DNA from: the human T2T-CHM13v2.0 reference genome, Homo sapiens
NCBI RefSeq assembly: GCF_009914755.1
Contig: NC_060933.1
Direction: 5' to 3' (one strand)
Length of the DNA stretch: 64,000 bases
Position 1 is the first letter of the stretch, and the number at the start of each line of letters is the position of its first letter. Made by a program: the position numbers and the translations under genes. Below, piece after piece: positions 58,555 to 64,000 of the stretch. A model generated the notes under the pieces. That model searched no databases. It saw only the letters and a list, made by a program, of their open reading frames with translations, and had not been told where the DNA came from.

Positions 58555-61372
58555 TGAGGAAACTGAGTTCTAGAGACTACACAGAGCTAGTAAGTGACAC
58601 AGTAAGAATTACAGTCTTACCGTGAATTATGAATCCAAGTTTAATCCATGCTTTTTCCAGTACACCATGCCTTTACCCCCCTCCCTGACAAAAAATAGCT
58701 ATGAAACATTCAGCAACCCTGAAATTGTTGATTTACTGTAGTGCTCCCTCCTAGGATAATGCACCTTATAGATCTGTTTTCCAGGCACCATTTGAGCATC
58801 TGGCAAATGGGAGGATCTTTCCTCATGGCAGCTGGAAACCAGCAAGTAAAACATTTACCAGGTTATTGACATAATGAGTCTGGGTGTTTGTTTAGGTATC
58901 AGGCAGTTATTGATTGCTTTTTAACACTGTTTTGAAATGAAAATAAATGTGAGAATAAGCCCCTAAATGGCCCTAATAGAATGTCAAGACTAATCAATAC
59001 TTGAGTATGATAAATTTATAATCCTGGGAGGGACTGCTGAGGGGAACCATTAGTTCTGTCTGACTGCATAATGGGGTTGGGGGCTTACAGGATGGGAAGG
59101 CTTTTAGGAGGCCTCTGAGGAGGAACCAGAGGAGGGGGCAAGGGCAGGGGTTAGTCAGTAGATGAAGAATCAGGAACTTCTTGCGGATGGTCTCATGTCA
59201 GTTACAGGACTCTTTGTTGTTGATACCCAAGGGCAACAGCATATTTTAGCCACTTTAAATGAGGTTGCCTTCTAAGAAAGGAACTATCAACTAGGATGAA
59301 ACCAGAGATATGCAAATCTCTGGTAAAGACAGAACAGCTGACTAGATCAAGGCCCTCCACAATTTTAGCATTTCTAAAGAAAGATTGCGTCCATCTAATG
59401 GAGGCTGGAGTCATTCCTGGAATTTTGGAAAATAGGAACTATTATTGATGGGGACTTGGAGTCTTTCTCTATTAAAGTACTAATTTTTAGATCACATGAC
59501 CATAACATAGGACCCTTCAAGACTGTAATGTGGCTTCTCAAGGGCCGGTCTGTCTACAGGGAGAACTTCTCCCAGTCCTGCCCATGGGGGCCAGGAGCCT
59601 GCTGAAGCTGGGAACCTGTGGGAGCAGTTAGTGGGCAAGAAAAGCTCGGGAGGACGAAGTGAGCATCAGCTGTAAGGAGGAAGGAGGAAGGAAACCAGAC
59701 TGACAACTGGGTTTGATCAACCAAAGATCACAGTGACCTTGTTAAGAACTGTTTTGGGAGTAGGATGGGCCTGATGCCAGTTTTGAAGCTGTGCAGGGAG
59801 AGCTAAGGCCATAACTGGAGGGGAAGTCGGGTGAAAGGATTACTTATTTTTTAATTTTTCAGTGTGAGAAACCTGGGCATGTTTGGATGTTGACAGGAAG
59901 GGCTGGTGGAAAGAGTTGATTGCAGACACCTTAGGGAGAGGAGTTGTTGGTTAGTGTGATGCTCCTGGGCAGATGGATGGGGAGGTGGCAGACTTAGGTG
60001 AAAGGAAGAAGGGAGGCAGGCCCAGAAGTGTGGATGAGGAACACTGGGACTGTAGGATGGGGTCTTCTTTGCTCAGGGTGAATGAGCCTGTTTGGGGTGC
60101 ATGAGGCTGTTAGTTTGAGGAAGGGGTGGAGGGGCTTAGAACCCATTGTTGAGAGAAATGTGAGGAAGTGTCTCCAACAGGGGAGAGAAAAAGGCTTCCT
60201 AAAGTACGTTTCAGGCCCAGCATGAGCCCCCTCTCCCCAGTTCATCTGTAAGGGCCAGCCTCTGCCAAGAAACACAATGTCTCTCTGTCATCAATGATGC
60301 AACCGTGAGTAAGAGGCACTGAATCCTGTTTCCGACATAAAAATGAAAGTGATATAAGACACAGAGCCATTGTGAAATCTAGACAAATCTTTAACTATTT
60401 GTCATTTAGCACATTGCTTTGCTCACCCTGTGTCTTCGTTTTCCCAAAGGTGGACAACTCACTGAGGGCCCTCAGCCCTTCCTCAGCTCACAAGCGGGAC
60501 CTCAGGTCTATAAACAGTTTCAGGAGGAAAGGGAAGCAGAATGAGGAAACGAGGCTCCAATGCCAAGCATTGGGGAGCCCGGAAAGACCACATTTCCAAG
60601 AATTCCAGGCCCGGAAGTAGGAGCTGGTGAGCGCTTCTTTAAGTCAACCCATTAGGTATCAATAAGATGAACAGGACAATTACTCTGGGGTCAGTTACTC
60701 CCCTTCCAGAAGGAATCTTCACTGTGGCTTACTCATTGCTAGCAGGAATCCTTTAAATGCCAAGCTTCCTAGTGCGTTTCATTAGGATTTTAATGTTCAC
60801 AAACACAATTCCAGGATCATCTCCTGGGCATAATTAACAGGGCCAATTGGATGAGCCACTTTTCTTGGAGGTAGCTTGAGACTGGAATAGGGTTCTTATG
60901 CCTAGAGATGTAGAGGAAGAACTTTTTTTGAACTAGAAACTCCCTTCTCTAACAGGTGGATTTGTGACCTTCCCCTTCCCAAGACTTGCTTTGGGCTTGG
61001 GTAGAAGGAGAGCAGATTCCCAGAGATGGTCCTGGTTTATGGAAAAGGCATGAGCACAGTCCAGGAATGGATACTGTTGGTGACAGCAAATTAGAAATCC
61101 TAGCTGGAGGGTGAGCTGTGGTAGCAAGAGGAAGTTGTACATTTTATTTAGACTGGATTTGTGACATGCTGGCAGCATGTGAAAAATAACAGATAACGTA
61201 GATTTGTACATGCCATCTCGGGGGCTGGCATTGCAGTGGAGAAGGGAGGGCCAAAATGCCAGGATCCCAGTTCCACCAGTTTTGACAGTGTAACTTTTGG
61301 CTATTGTTTCTCTCATCTGGGAAAGGTCATAATAATACCCTGAGGGTCACTCCAAAGATTGGAATAATTTAA

Positions 61373-63940
<2,568 letters not shown>

Positions 63941-64000
63941 TTGCCATTGAGGTGTAGGTCTTTCCTTCCTTTTATCCCCTTAGGCTCAGCTTTCAGCTGA

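Overview
Human (primate) genomic DNA containing the 5' end of KLF4 on the minus strand and about 62 kb of upstream gene-poor sequence. KLF4 features: exon 1 with a ~595-nt 5'UTR, exon 2, the start of exon 3, and a CpG-island/TATA promoter. The upstream region is very Alu-rich (roughly 80 elements or fragments by eye, including two young AluY-lineage copies). It also holds two TSD-flanked L1PA insertions, old L1M/L2/MIR relics, MER2/MER44/Tigger4 DNA transposon relics, and processed pseudogenes of RPS16 (+) and PPIA (-). Almost all ORFs in the supplied track are Alu/L1 or GC-rich artefacts. I found no new protein-coding or RNA system. Two themes deserve follow-up. (1) The KLF4 5' end has several elements that could set the ratio of the MRQPP- and MAVSD-starting isoforms: a weak first AUG, a +4 tandem donor giving MR-stop, a single 60-codon uORF and a candidate upstream ATG-donor exon. 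(2) At least four short (35-200 bp) locally templated duplications sit at or inside Alu elements, along with several non-canonical Alu insertions. Repeat subfamily calls and motif calls were made by eye and need computational confirmation.
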